Shown piece by piece: positions 51,949 to 61,594 of a stretch of 64,000 bases of DNA (the stretch's first letter is position 1; each line of letters starts with the position of its first letter). The translations under genes were made by a program, and so were the position numbers. This stretch comes from Nitrospirales bacterium (lineage in GTDB: Bacteria > Nitrospirota > Nitrospiria > Nitrospirales > UBA8639), in assembly GCA_965203295.1 (NCBI GenBank), contig CBDBCZ010000019.1, positions 2,336,001 through 2,400,000 on the forward strand, read 5' to 3'. The notes beneath the pieces were generated by a model. The model did not search any database and was not told the DNA's origin. It was given only the letters and a program-made list of their open reading frames with translations.

Positions 51949-53166
51949 TCACATCGCACCCACGAGGGAGCTCATGGAAAAAATGAGAAGGTACATGGCC
52001 ACGACAATAAAACCGATCCCAATCCCAAGAACGACAATTACCAAAGGTTCCAAGACAGCAGTCAAAGACATGAGTGCCGTCCCGACTTCTTCCTCATACA
52101 AATCCGCGATGCTTTCCAGCATGGAATCCAGTGCCCCAGTTGACTCCCCGACCGCAATCATATAGGTAACCAAAGCAGGAAAAACTCCGCTATGCGCTAA
52201 CGGCTCGGAAATCGTCTTCCCTTCGCCAATACTCGTGCGAACCTCCTGGAGCCCTGTCTCAATCACCCTATTCCCTGATGTTTTGGATGCTAGGTCCAAA
52301 GCCTCTAAAACTGAAACGCCACTGCGTAACAACGAGGAGAGCGTCTTGGTGACACAAACCACAGCAGATTTCCGAAGAAGATCTCCGATTAAAGGGACTC
52401 GTAACATGAACCGATCAACAACCATCCTTCCCTTGGGGGTCGCATAAACCCTGTTCATTCCGTAGACCGACAGAATCAACCCTATGAAAAGAGAACCGAT
52501 ATGCTCATGAACAAACTGACTGAGCGTCAACACAACCTGTGTTGGCCATGGAAGTGCGCTCCCAAAATCGGCAAAAAGGTCCCCAAAAATTGGGATGACC
52601 CATAACAGGAGAAAAACCATGACCATTCCTGCCAAAAGTAATATGAGAAGAGGATACGCTAGAGCTCCTGTGACCCGTTTTTTGAGATGCATGATCTTTT
52701 GTAGATGGTCAGCCAGTCTCAACAATACCTGATCCAACATACCCCCAGCCTCGCCGGCAGCAACCAACCCAACGTACGTTTCGGGAAAGACATCTGGGTG
52801 GGAACGAAGGGCATCGGCTAGAGTACTCCCCTCTTCAACCTTTAAACGGACATCTTCAAGAGTTCTTCGGAAACGGCGATAGTCGATATTGTGGGTCAAG
52901 GTCTCGAGACAAGAAACCAGGGGAATCCCTGCTTTAATCATGGCTGAAAATTGAAGGGTAAAGGTGAAGAGTTCCCTTCCTGTAACAGCACTCCCTAGAG
53001 GGAAAGCAAACTGAAAAGGGATCCTCGCAGGTTTTTCTTTCAGGTGAGTGTAGGCAACACCACGTTTCCGGAGTAATTGGGCTGCTTCTATTTGATTCTT
53101 GGCAGAAAGTTCGCCTCGTCGTCTGATCCCTCCTCGGGTGATCCCTTGATACAGAAAAACCGGCAT
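51949..53166 (-). CDS. pilC: Type IV pilus inner-membrane platform protein PilC (GspF family)
   Basis: AGEAGGMLD, ALAYP, VGESTGALD and LEP motifs. Confidence 0.93.
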   Translation of the reverse strand: MPVFLYQGITRGGIRRRGELSAKNQIEAAQLLRKRGVAYTHLKEKPARIPFQFAFPLGSAVTGRELFTFTLQFSAMIKAGIPLVSCLETLTHNIDYRRFRRTLEDVRLKVEEGSTLADALRSHPDVFPETYVGLVAAGEAGGMLDQVLLRLADHLQKIMHLKKRVTGALAYPLLILLLAGMVMVFLLLWVIPIFGDLFADFGSALPWPTQVVLTLSQFVHEHIGSLFIGLILSVYGMNRVYATPKGRMVVDRFMLRVPLIGDLLRKSAVVCVTKTLSSLLRSGVSVLEALDLASKTSGNRVIETGLQEVRTSIGEGKTISEPLAHSGVFPALVTYMIAVGESTGALDSMLESIADLYEEEVGTALMSLTAVLEPLVIVVLGIGIGFIVVAMYLLIFSMSSLVGAM

Positions 53167-53198
53167 TGGAACTTCACAAAATGCTGAGGCTGTGCTTA

Positions 53199-54356
53199 TT
53201 AGCTCTCCTGAAAACGTCGCTGCAAATGTCTCTTTCTATTTTGTGACAGAGCATGACCAGGTTGAGAATCACCCGACCGAGGATGAGAAGAACCCGTTCG
53301 TTCGATCAACATTCGTAATTCTTCGGAGTGGCTCGACCTGGCCAAGGCCGACGATGATGAAATCATTCGACGTCGATAGAGATTCAAAAAGGCTTGATTC
53401 ATCGTCTGCATACCATGTTTGGCTTGACCAGTTTGCATGATCGAATAAATTTGAGAAATTTTGTTATCTCGAAGAAGGTTACGGACACCAGGCGTAGGAA
53501 TAAAAATTTCAAGAGCGAGAACACGTCCAGCCCCTTCAGTCTTCGGCACAAGCGTTTGCGAAAAGATGCCTTCCAACACCAACGCTAATCTCGCGCGGAC
53601 TTGTGGGTGTTGATGGACTGGGAAGCCATCGATCAAGCGATGTAGCGTTGGAAGGCAGGAAGAGGTGGGCATCGTCGCCAGAGTGAGATGCCCGGTCTCG
53701 GCAATCATGAGAGCGGCTTCAATTGTCTCTAAGTCACACATCTCACCAAGCAGCACAACATCGGGATCCTGGCGAAAAACCGACTCAACAGCCGTTCCGA
53801 AATCCGGCGTATCCATCCCCACTTCTCGTTGCGTAATGAGCCCTTTTTTATGCGTATGAACATATTCAATAGGATCCTCAATGGTGAGGATATGAACCCG
53901 TCGTTCTGAATTGATTTTATCCAACAAAGCCGCCAAGGTCGTGCTTTTGCCACTCCCAGTCGGTCCAGTCACCAGAACAAGACCACGTGGTTTTTTGGCC
54001 ATATCTCCAAGAATAGGAGGAAGACCCAACTGGTCAAAGGAAGGAATTGATTCAGGAACCCATCGAACCGCGAGTGCAACTTGGCCTCGTTGACGGTAGA
54101 CATGACAACAAAAACGCCCAAGCCCATCCATCTGGAAGGAACAATCCACTGCCATGGTTTGCTCAAAACGAACCTTGTGGCAAGAGGGGACCCACTCCTC
54201 GGCAAAGCTGGTCGTGTCCTCAGAGGAGAGAGGTAAAACTCCATCGAGTTGAAAAAGACGACCATCCACGCGGATTCGTGGAACATCCCCTGGGATCAGA
54301 TGTAAATCCGACCCACCCTTTTCTGTCAACAATGTTAAGAGGGATGTCAGGTCCAT
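53199..54356 (-). CDS. pilT: Type IV pilus retraction ATPase PilT with degenerate motifs
   Basis: SDLHL, GPTGSGKST, TIEDPIE, RQDPD, AETGHL and GMQTM motifs. GEMRD is changed to GEMCD and TLHT to TMPT. Confidence 0.9.
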   Translation of the reverse strand: MDLTSLLTLLTEKGGSDLHLIPGDVPRIRVDGRLFQLDGVLPLSSEDTTSFAEEWVPSCHKVRFEQTMAVDCSFQMDGLGRFCCHVYRQRGQVALAVRWVPESIPSFDQLGLPPILGDMAKKPRGLVLVTGPTGSGKSTTLAALLDKINSERRVHILTIEDPIEYVHTHKKGLITQREVGMDTPDFGTAVESVFRQDPDVVLLGEMCDLETIEAALMIAETGHLTLATMPTSSCLPTLHRLIDGFPVHQHPQVRARLALVLEGIFSQTLVPKTEGAGRVLALEIFIPTPGVRNLLRDNKISQIYSIMQTGQAKHGMQTMNQAFLNLYRRRMISSSSALARSSHSEELRMLIERTGSSHPRSGDSQPGHALSQNRKRHLQRRFQES

Positions 54357-54370
54357 GCAGCTCCTAGCCG

Positions 54371-56208
54371 TTAGTCGTCTCTTGAATCCAGAAGGGTTGT
54401 TCTGAACACTTCGGAAATGGATGTGAGCCCAACACGAATTTTTTTCAACCCATTCTGCCGAATGGTCGTAAAACCCGACTCCTTGGCGACTCGTTTGAGA
54501 CCCTCGGGGGAAGCCTGATCAAGAGTGAGTGACTGGAGAGATTGGGAAAGAGGAAGCACCTCAAAAAGCCCGAGGCGTCCACGATATCCGGTAAAATGGC
54601 AGGCGGCACAGCCACGTCCTCGCAATGGGACGACATCACCTGCTTCAGCGGGTGAAAATCCCAGATTCACCAATTGGCCGACCGATTGAGATTCAGTTTC
54701 CTGACAATGGACACAGAGGCGGCGCACCAAGCGTTGTGCCAAAATGAGCGTGACGGATGAAGAAACTAAATACGGATCAAGCCCCATATCCAGAAGCCGG
54801 GTGATCGTCCTTACCGCATCATTGGTATGGACCTTGACAGAACACGGTGACCAGTCAATGCGGCTCTCACGGCAATTTGGGCAGTCTCAACATCCCGGAT
54901 TTCACCTACCATAAAAATATCTGGATCCTGACGAAGGAACGCCCGAAGAATCGCGGGATAGGTCAGGTCAATATCGTCTCTGACTGGGACTTGATTCATT
55001 CCCGTAAAGTGATATTCCACGGGATCCTCAGCAGTCACAATATTCACACCAGGGGTACTCAGATGCTGCAAAGCAGCATACAGCGTGGTCGTTTTCCCGC
55101 TACCAGTGGGTCCCGTGACCAGAATCATCCCATTTGGTTTTTCTAACGCGGCGAGAAAAATCGCCAAATCAGGCTCTTCAAACCCCAACTTGCTCAAATC
55201 GAGGACCAAACTCGATCGATCCAAAAGACGCAGGACGACTTTTTCCCCTTGAAAACAGGGAAGCACGCTCACACGAATATCAATTTTCCTTATATTCACG
55301 TCGTGGTAGGTCATTCGGCCATCCTGGGGAAGACGGCGCTCGGCAATGTCTAAATTTGAGAGGATTTTGAGGCGAGAAATCACAGCATTTCGCAGCTTGA
55401 GCGGGTACGTCATCACTGTTTGGAGCACCCCATCCAATCGGTATCGCACCCTGACGCTTTCCTCAAGGGGCTCTATATGAATATCGCTCACTTCTAAAGC
55501 CACAGCCGGCGAAATAAGCTTGTCCACCAACCGCACGATGGGCGCTTGGTCTTGCCCAATTGGTTCTCCCACAGAGGCAGACTCCGTCACCGAAAGGCTG
55601 GTGGAGGCTTCCTCCAGAAGGGAGCTAAGGTCTTCAGGATTCAGAAATGGGTGCGAAGGTTTTGAGGATCGACCATCCTCTTGAAAGTCTATAAAGGCCT
55701 GCGGCTCTTTTAAGCCGTTCACATATCCTTCATTCGATGGATGCAAGGGAATGGAAGGTTCTGGAGAAGAGGCATCCGCATTCAGGCCATAGAGACCCTG
55801 AATTCGACTCATGATCTCCGAAACCGTCGCCACCACAGGAATCATATGATGGCCCGTCTGAAACGTTAATTCATCGAGGAAGCTGACTTGCGACGGATCA
55901 GCCATCGCGAGAGTGACGCGGGTGCCGACCCGCTGTACAGGGACAACCAACTTGGCCAGTTCCTGATCACGAGGAATGAGCTGCGCGAGGGCCGGATCAA
56001 CCTGTTGAGGGGTGATATCAAGAGTCGGGACTCCGTATTGTTGGCTTAAGAAATGGAGAAGGGTGGACTCAGAAATAGCCCCCATGCGGACCAAAATGCC
56101 ACCCAGTCGTTCGCCAGTCTGACGTTGACGGTCCAAGGCATCCTGAAGCTGCCCAGTTGAAATGAAGCCCTCATCAAGAAGCAGCCTGCCCATTGGCTCT
56201 CGAATCAC
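54371..56208 (-). pseudogene. pilB: Type IV pilus assembly ATPase PilB, frameshifted
   Basis: SDIHIE, ERRLPQDGR, GPTGSGKTT and GEIRD are present. One base is missing near 54833, which breaks LST-VHTND. The C-terminus (AQRLVRRLC, GYRGR) continues in ORF 54371..54787. Confidence 0.9.
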
Positions 56209-56245
56209 ATGGGCCTCCTTGTAACAAGAAATCTACGTCCCGCTA

Positions 56246-56842
56246 TTAGGGAAGGTTCAACTGTGTGACACCACGCACGAGGTAATGGAACCCGGATACA
56301 ACCGTCAGGAAGCTCATCAGGTAGAGGATGGGATCAAGGAGAAAAAGATCGGAAGGGTACGAACTCAGCCAGACAACAAGAATGATATAGCCCAGTTGAA
56401 AAATCGTGGTGGCCTTCCCCAAATATGTGGGGGACACATCGATGCGTGAATCGGTAAGACGCGCTAAAAGAGTCCCTGTCAGCAAAATTGCATCCCGGCT
56501 GACCACAAGAATCACGCTCCAGGCCGGGACTAAATCCAATATTGACAGCGTCACAAAGGAAGACATCAAGAGCAGCTTATCGGCCAAGGGGTCCAAATAG
56601 GCACCAAACCGAGTCCGTTGATTAGCCAAACGGGCGATGGTTCCATCCAAACCATCAGTAATCGCCGCAAGAAAAAGGGTGCCCAAGGCATAATCGTAAT
56701 GACCATACACCAAGAGGCCTACGAAGACCGGAGTCAATAAAATCCTGAAAATGGTCAGGCTGTTTGGAATATTGAGTGGGATCACACCTATCACCAAACT
56801 CCGATCCTCTACTTTTTCCCAGGCTCGAGCTTCTTGCTGCAT
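56246..56842 (-). CDS. CDP-alcohol phosphatidyltransferase (PgsA-like)
   Basis: NIPNSLTIFR and TDGLDGTIAR…GAYLDPLADK motifs. Confidence 0.92.
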   Translation of the reverse strand: MQQEARAWEKVEDRSLVIGVIPLNIPNSLTIFRILLTPVFVGLLVYGHYDYALGTLFLAAITDGLDGTIARLANQRTRFGAYLDPLADKLLLMSSFVTLSILDLVPAWSVILVVSRDAILLTGTLLARLTDSRIDVSPTYLGKATTIFQLGYIILVVWLSSYPSDLFLLDPILYLMSFLTVVSGFHYLVRGVTQLNLP

Positions 56843-57149
56843 TGAACCATTCCCTTCAAAAACATGAGGGTACGTGTGAGATCAATTGAAGTCAACCAGG
56901 AAAGATACGGCACCAAAACACATGGAAGATGTATCGACCGCTTTACTTTTCTATGAATATGATACAGTAAAGTGAGGAAATGAGAAAATCACATAGCTGA
57001 AAAAAAAAGTGAAAAAGATTGAATGCCTCAACCCTGCTGAAATACTCTAAGTCCAAAGCATTCGTCTTGTTTTCCCCCAAGAGTGACATACGTATGATAA
57101 AGTTACGAGAGCGAGAAGCCAATTCCAAATGAGTCGGCTTTAGGAACCC

Positions 57150-58016
57150 ATGAAATCAGTTCCACCCAGTTCCCACTCCCACAGCTCACCACCACCATGG
57201 CTCTGTGAACTCCCCAAAAAGGATTATTGGTCCACCCCTTTTGCGGAAAGCCTGATAGCCCAGCTAGACCTCCAACAGGGGAGAACCATTATGGATGTCA
57301 TGTGCGGAGAGGGTCTACCAGCCTTCTATCTGGCCCATCGCGTGGGCCCCAGAGGCCGAGTGGTTGGGATCGATATCAGTGAAGCTCAACTCGCTCGAGC
57401 TCGGGCATTTCAAGGTCCTAACTTTCCGTGGCTCGAGTTTCGCAATGCTGATGTCCGAAACTTACCAACTGACCTGGAAACATTCGATCGTATTACCGGT
57501 AATTTATCCTTCATGTTTTTTCGGCCCAACCGCAAAGAAGCCCTTCAACAGCTGGTTCAATTTCTCAACCCCTATGGCCAACTCGTCATTACTTTTCCTT
57601 CTCTTGGCACTTTTGATTCACTATGGAAAAGAGTCGATCAAGAAATGGCCCAGAGAGCATTAATCAAGGAACAGCAAGCCTTGGCAGACTATATCGCAGA
57701 ACGGCCCTCGGCTGATGAAGCCCGACAATGGCTCACGGACAGTGGGCTAGAAAAGGTCGATGTCTCCGAATGGCCGCTTGAAGTGGAAACCGGCCCAGGG
57801 AATGCGTTTCTCTATCATCCACTCCTACGGGGAGGGTTTCTCGATGATGTGTATGATTGTTTCACTGATCCAGCATTAGCCGAGAGCGTGATGAATACGA
57901 TTGCCCTTAATTTAGAAAGTTTCGTGCCCTTGATCGCGCAACGCTGTGTGATGTCAGGGTCGCGTCCCTTACTGTCGCCGAACGCTTCGCATCACCGGAC
58001 GCCAAAAACAGAGTGA
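57150..58016 (+). CDS. Class I SAM-dependent methyltransferase
   Basis: MDVMCGEG motif I, VVGIDIS and FRNAD. The last ~12 codons lie inside the attC. Confidence 0.85.
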   Translation: MKSVPPSSHSHSSPPPWLCELPKKDYWSTPFAESLIAQLDLQQGRTIMDVMCGEGLPAFYLAHRVGPRGRVVGIDISEAQLARARAFQGPNFPWLEFRNADVRNLPTDLETFDRITGNLSFMFFRPNRKEALQQLVQFLNPYGQLVITFPSLGTFDSLWKRVDQEMAQRALIKEQQALADYIAERPSADEARQWLTDSGLEKVDVSEWPLEVETGPGNAFLYHPLLRGGFLDDVYDCFTDPALAESVMNTIALNLESFVPLIAQRCVMSGSRPLLSPNASHHRTPKTE

Positions 58017-58063
58017 GGCACGAGCGGCGCTTTTTGCGGTCCGAGTGAATGCGATTGTTATGT
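57977..58063 (-). mobile_element. Integron attC site (87 bp)
   Basis: Minus strand reads ACATAAC-AATCGCATTCACTCGGAC…GTCCGGTGATGCGAAGC-GTTCGGC. It has an AAC…GTT core, an imperfect palindrome with extrahelical bases, and starts immediately after a TAA stop. Confidence 0.85.
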
Positions 58064-58387
58064 TTATTTTTGGCTTGGCATCTCTACTAACTCTGACACC
58101 TCAAGTGACCCGCCAATATCAAGAAATGGGCAAGTCTTTGCAATCGATAGTGCCGCCTCCATAGAATCCGCTTCAATTATAGTTTAACCAGACATTATCG
58201 TTGTGCCTCCAGCAGTAACAGTACCATCAGAGTTTACTGTGCTCGTATTCTTAAGCGGATTAGCAGGACTAACAGCTGAGTCGACCAATGAAGATAACCA
58301 ATCCATATATTTCGAAAAATGTTGTTTGCCTTCCTCTGGGCTAGATGGCTTATCGCCGCCTAGATAAGTAATAATGTATTGAGGTAT
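58064..58387 (-). pseudogene. YCII/DGPF-related protein gene cassette, inactivated
   Basis: AAGGAG RBS, ATA in place of ATG, then PQYIITYLGGDKPSSPEEGKQHFSKYMDWL…MSG*TIIEADSMEAALSIAKTCPFLDIGGSLEVSEL…*. The in-frame TAA is at 58184-58186. Confidence 0.8.
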
Positions 58388-58580
58388 TTCTTTCTCCTTA
58401 TTTTAATAATTTGCTCTAGCAATAAACATAACTATATCAGTAGCTCGGTCAGCCTATCCCGACTCACTAAGTTTTGGAGTTTCGGAAATCCTATAAGCTT
58501 TTCCAAGACTTGGCAAGAAATTGTCGACTATCGGGAAAGGGACAAACACTGTAGGCAGTATCAGCTTATTCCGGTTTCCT

Positions 58581-58757
58581 TCAAAGGGTCTGCAGGCCAA
58601 ATCCGAGTCGATCGGCCGGGCTGCGGACTCCCTTCCCGCCTCGGTTCAACACATGGGGGTAGATCATCGTCGTGCTCAAATCTTTGTGACCGAGCAACTC
58701 TTGAGCCGTCCGAATATCATACCCGTCATCGAGGAGACGGAGCACAAAGCCGTAGCA
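58581..58757 (-). pseudogene. intI: Integron integrase C-terminal remnant
   Basis: Manual translation [51 protein letters not shown] matches the IntI C-terminus (RHSFATHLL..GYDIRTVQELLGH.DV.TTMIYTHVL..G..GVRSP.D). Confidence 0.88.
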
Positions 58758-58804
58758 AACTCTTAAGAACGTTTCAACATTACGCCATCATATTTGTTGA
58801 AATT

Positions 58805-59443
58805 TTACTTGATCGCAAATCCACAGATATGAGGACGGTTTACCGCTAAAATGAGCCCTGGCCCTTCCTGCATATACGATTCGAACTCAACCTTGGAAAA
58901 ACTGAAATCTCCGATATCCCGTCCGGGATGACAGCCATCCGAGAAATACCTCCAGGGTGTAAACGGGGCTGTCTTTTGAATAAATCGTCTGAGAGTCAAA
59001 GGGCGGTCGCCGACGTGTTCGAGGAATGCAAATGTTCCTCCTGGTTTCAGCACGTTGAAGACTTCCTGAAGAACCTCCGAAACAGATGGAACTGAACAGA
59101 GGACCAAGGTGCTGATCACAACATCAACCGTCCCTGGAGTGATTCCGGAATCGCCTAGGGTGTCCGTCCGAATTTCAATTGAGAGATTGAGTTTTCTGGC
59201 CTTGCCTTGGATATGAGGATGCATGGCCCGATTGGGCTCCATTCCAATCCATTGAACATCCGAATTGAGAAACTGCAGGTTCACCCCGGTCCCAGGACCA
59301 ATTTCCACAATCGTTCCTCGAAGTGGAGAGAGAAGACGGGTCTTTCGCTCCTGATACATTCCCAAACTGGTCTCGTCGAGTCCAGCCATGAGACTGGCGA
59401 AGAGTCGTTGGCAAATGGACGGATGGGTGGGCATTTGAGACAT
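58805..59443 (-). CDS. Class I SAM-dependent methyltransferase (METTL7/UbiE-like)
   Basis: VEIGPGTGVN, STLVLCSV, VLKPGG, FLEHV and DGCH motifs. Confidence 0.9.
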   Translation of the reverse strand: MSQMPTHPSICQRLFASLMAGLDETSLGMYQERKTRLLSPLRGTIVEIGPGTGVNLQFLNSDVQWIGMEPNRAMHPHIQGKARKLNLSIEIRTDTLGDSGITPGTVDVVISTLVLCSVPSVSEVLQEVFNVLKPGGTFAFLEHVGDRPLTLRRFIQKTAPFTPWRYFSDGCHPGRDIGDFSFSKVEFESYMQEGPGLILAVNRPHICGFAIK

Positions 59444-60065
59444 TAAAACTGTTTACCATGACACGTCGCGTAGGCCTAACGATTTAAGTCCAGTACCTTC
59501 TCAAAGCGACTCCATATTGACGAGACGCATATACGAATTACGAACGATGCCCGTACATTATGAATAACACAAGAAATTGAACTTATAGGCACCTGTCTAA
59601 TGTGCCGAAGATTTTCCAGCTCCTTATTCTTGCTGCTCTTCTTTCTTATTCTGTCAGTTGGACGGGATGGCCGACATGGTCACCTGCTGTCTTTTTCGCA
59701 TTCGCATTATAGTCAAAATCTACGACCCTATAGTCCTATTTGGGTATCAACGAGACAATCATTTCCTCCCCCCCTGTCCCCAACTGCACCTTTGTCGAAC
59801 CAGGGTTGGAACTATCCAAAACCTGATTTTTTGCCTCGCCAGGTCCCTGAACTTAAACGCTTTTGAGCGCGTGGCATCAAAACTGCCGCCCGATACATAA
59901 CAGATATCTTGTTGTGTAAAGAGCCAGAAAAAACGATGAGATGTCAGTGGAGTTAACGTCTTTCCTTTTTTGCTGAGTCCCAATATGCTGATGTAGGAGA
60001 AGCGTCAACCACGAATAGCTAGTTCGGGATTCCAGAAACGTCTGTCTTTAGCTTCGAAAGCAACC

Positions 60066-61082
60066 ATGGCACACCCGTCAGTTCCTATCATCGACATTGC
60101 GCCGTTAATCAAACGTGACACGCAGCACCACCAAACAGTCGCACAGATTCATGCGGCCTGTCGCGACTGGGGATTCTTCCAGATCACCGGACATGATGTG
60201 TCTGAGGATCTGATTTCCCGCGTCTGGTGTGAGACCAAACGATTTTTTGCGCTCCCAGTTGAAGCTAAACACTCAGTCTCGCGCACCAAAGACAACGCCC
60301 GTGGTTGGTTCAACCGCGAACTGACGAAGAACACTCGAGACATGAAGGAGGTGTTCGATTTTGGGTTCACGCCACACCCTGAACTTCCCGACGAGGACCC
60401 GACAAATTGGACACGAGATGGGTTCAACCAATGGCCTGACTCAAGGCACTGTCTTGATTTCAGACCGACGATGGAGGAGTACTATCTGGCATGCCAGCGT
60501 CTGGGGCTCACTCTGCTCGAAGCGGTAGGGGAGAGTCTCGGCATCTCCCCTGCCTGTCTGACTCGTGATTTCATCGGCGAACACACAAGCTTCCTTCGAT
60601 TAAACTACTTTCCCAGATACGATCCCTTGAGCGCCGAACACCCAGCTGCCGCAACGGGTCATCTCGGGATCCATCATCATACGGATGCCGGCGCACTGAC
60701 GCTGCTTCTCCAGAATGACGTCGGTGGCCTTCAGGTGTGCCTCAACGGTGAATGGTTTCCGGTCGAACCGGTAGTCGGTGCGCTGGTCATCAACACCGGT
60801 GACATCGTTCAGGTCTGGAGCAATGATCGCTACAAAGCTCCAGTCCATCGAGTGCTGGCGAGCAAAAACCGAAACCGATACAGCCTCCCCTTCTTCTATA
60901 ATCCTTCCTACCATGCGGAATATGCGCCACTTGATGCCTTAACGAATGAGATGTTGCCTCCCAGATACCGAGCAATTAACTGGGGCGAATTCCGTTGGCA
61001 ACGACAGCAGGGTGATTACGCAAGTTACGGACAGGAAAACCAGATATCGGATTACCGAATTTCTGAACCCGGTGGTTCGTGA
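60066..61082 (+). CDS. 2-oxoglutarate/Fe(II) oxygenase, isopenicillin N synthase-like family
   Basis: VPIIDI, WGFFQITGH, LRLNYFP, HTD…H iron triad (HTDAG, PVHRV) and RYS 2OG-binding motif. Confidence 0.93.
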   Translation: MAHPSVPIIDIAPLIKRDTQHHQTVAQIHAACRDWGFFQITGHDVSEDLISRVWCETKRFFALPVEAKHSVSRTKDNARGWFNRELTKNTRDMKEVFDFGFTPHPELPDEDPTNWTRDGFNQWPDSRHCLDFRPTMEEYYLACQRLGLTLLEAVGESLGISPACLTRDFIGEHTSFLRLNYFPRYDPLSAEHPAAATGHLGIHHHTDAGALTLLLQNDVGGLQVCLNGEWFPVEPVVGALVINTGDIVQVWSNDRYKAPVHRVLASKNRNRYSLPFFYNPSYHAEYAPLDALTNEMLPPRYRAINWGEFRWQRQQGDYASYGQENQISDYRISEPGGS

Positions 61083-61126
61083 AAATTAAAGAAGAAAAAT
61101 TATAAAGTCCGTTTCAGACACCAGCT

Positions 61127-61480
61127 CTATTCGGCAGGCTCTTCTTGGATGAACTTCCCTGTATCGAAAATTAACAACACCTTCGTAATTTTGTCATTGT
61201 GCACCTCAAAGAGTTGTGACATGTGCGCACAGACATACGGCTTTGAAAACTGATAAATGACGTTGACAAACGGACCGTTTTCAAAGACCTGCACCAATGT
61301 ATACTGGCATTCGACAGGAGGATCAGACTGTAAACTTTCAATGTAGTCTTGCGCAGACTCAAACTGGTAAAACGGCCCGGAAAATTTCACGTCATCTGTT
61401 AGAATGTTATATAAGCGATCAAGGTCCTGCCCGGAAAAGAATATACCCATGTATTGTAAAGCGACATCTAATGGCTTCAT
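61127..61480 (-). CDS. SnoaL-like / NTF2-fold protein
   Basis: LTDDVKFSGP…FEVHNDKITKVLLIFDT pattern in a 117-aa ORF. Confidence 0.8.
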   Translation of the reverse strand: MKPLDVALQYMGIFFSGQDLDRLYNILTDDVKFSGPFYQFESAQDYIESLQSDPPVECQYTLVQVFENGPFVNVIYQFSKPYVCAHMSQLFEVHNDKITKVLLIFDTGKFIQEEPAE

Positions 61481-61594
61481 ATCCTCACTGCTTTGATGAA
61501 CTCATAAAGAAAAGAGTCATTGAGGGTAAAAACTTAGAATATTCTAGCATGCTATGAGCCCATTGTACTTGTATCACGAATTTTAGCGAATCTT

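Noticed and set aside
668..58186. Stop-codon reassignment suggested by in-frame TAG (1010), TGA at a Trp position (~2880) and TAA (58184)
   Set aside because: All three stop types are involved, once each and only in damaged genes. Core genes end normally in TAG (hom, purA, truB), TGA and TAA.
58379..58849. Plus-strand ORFs 58379..58849 and 58521..58766
   Set aside because: They are antisense shadows of the intI remnant, whose minus-strand translation matches IntI.
59474..59663. Second attC between GCCTAAC (59474) and GTTGGAC (59657)
   Set aside because: The span is about 190 bp with no internal palindrome, which is too long and unstructured for an attC.
59600..59983. Overlapping short ORFs that might be a decayed membrane-protein gene
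   Set aside because: No recognisable motif or consistent frame could be reconstructed.
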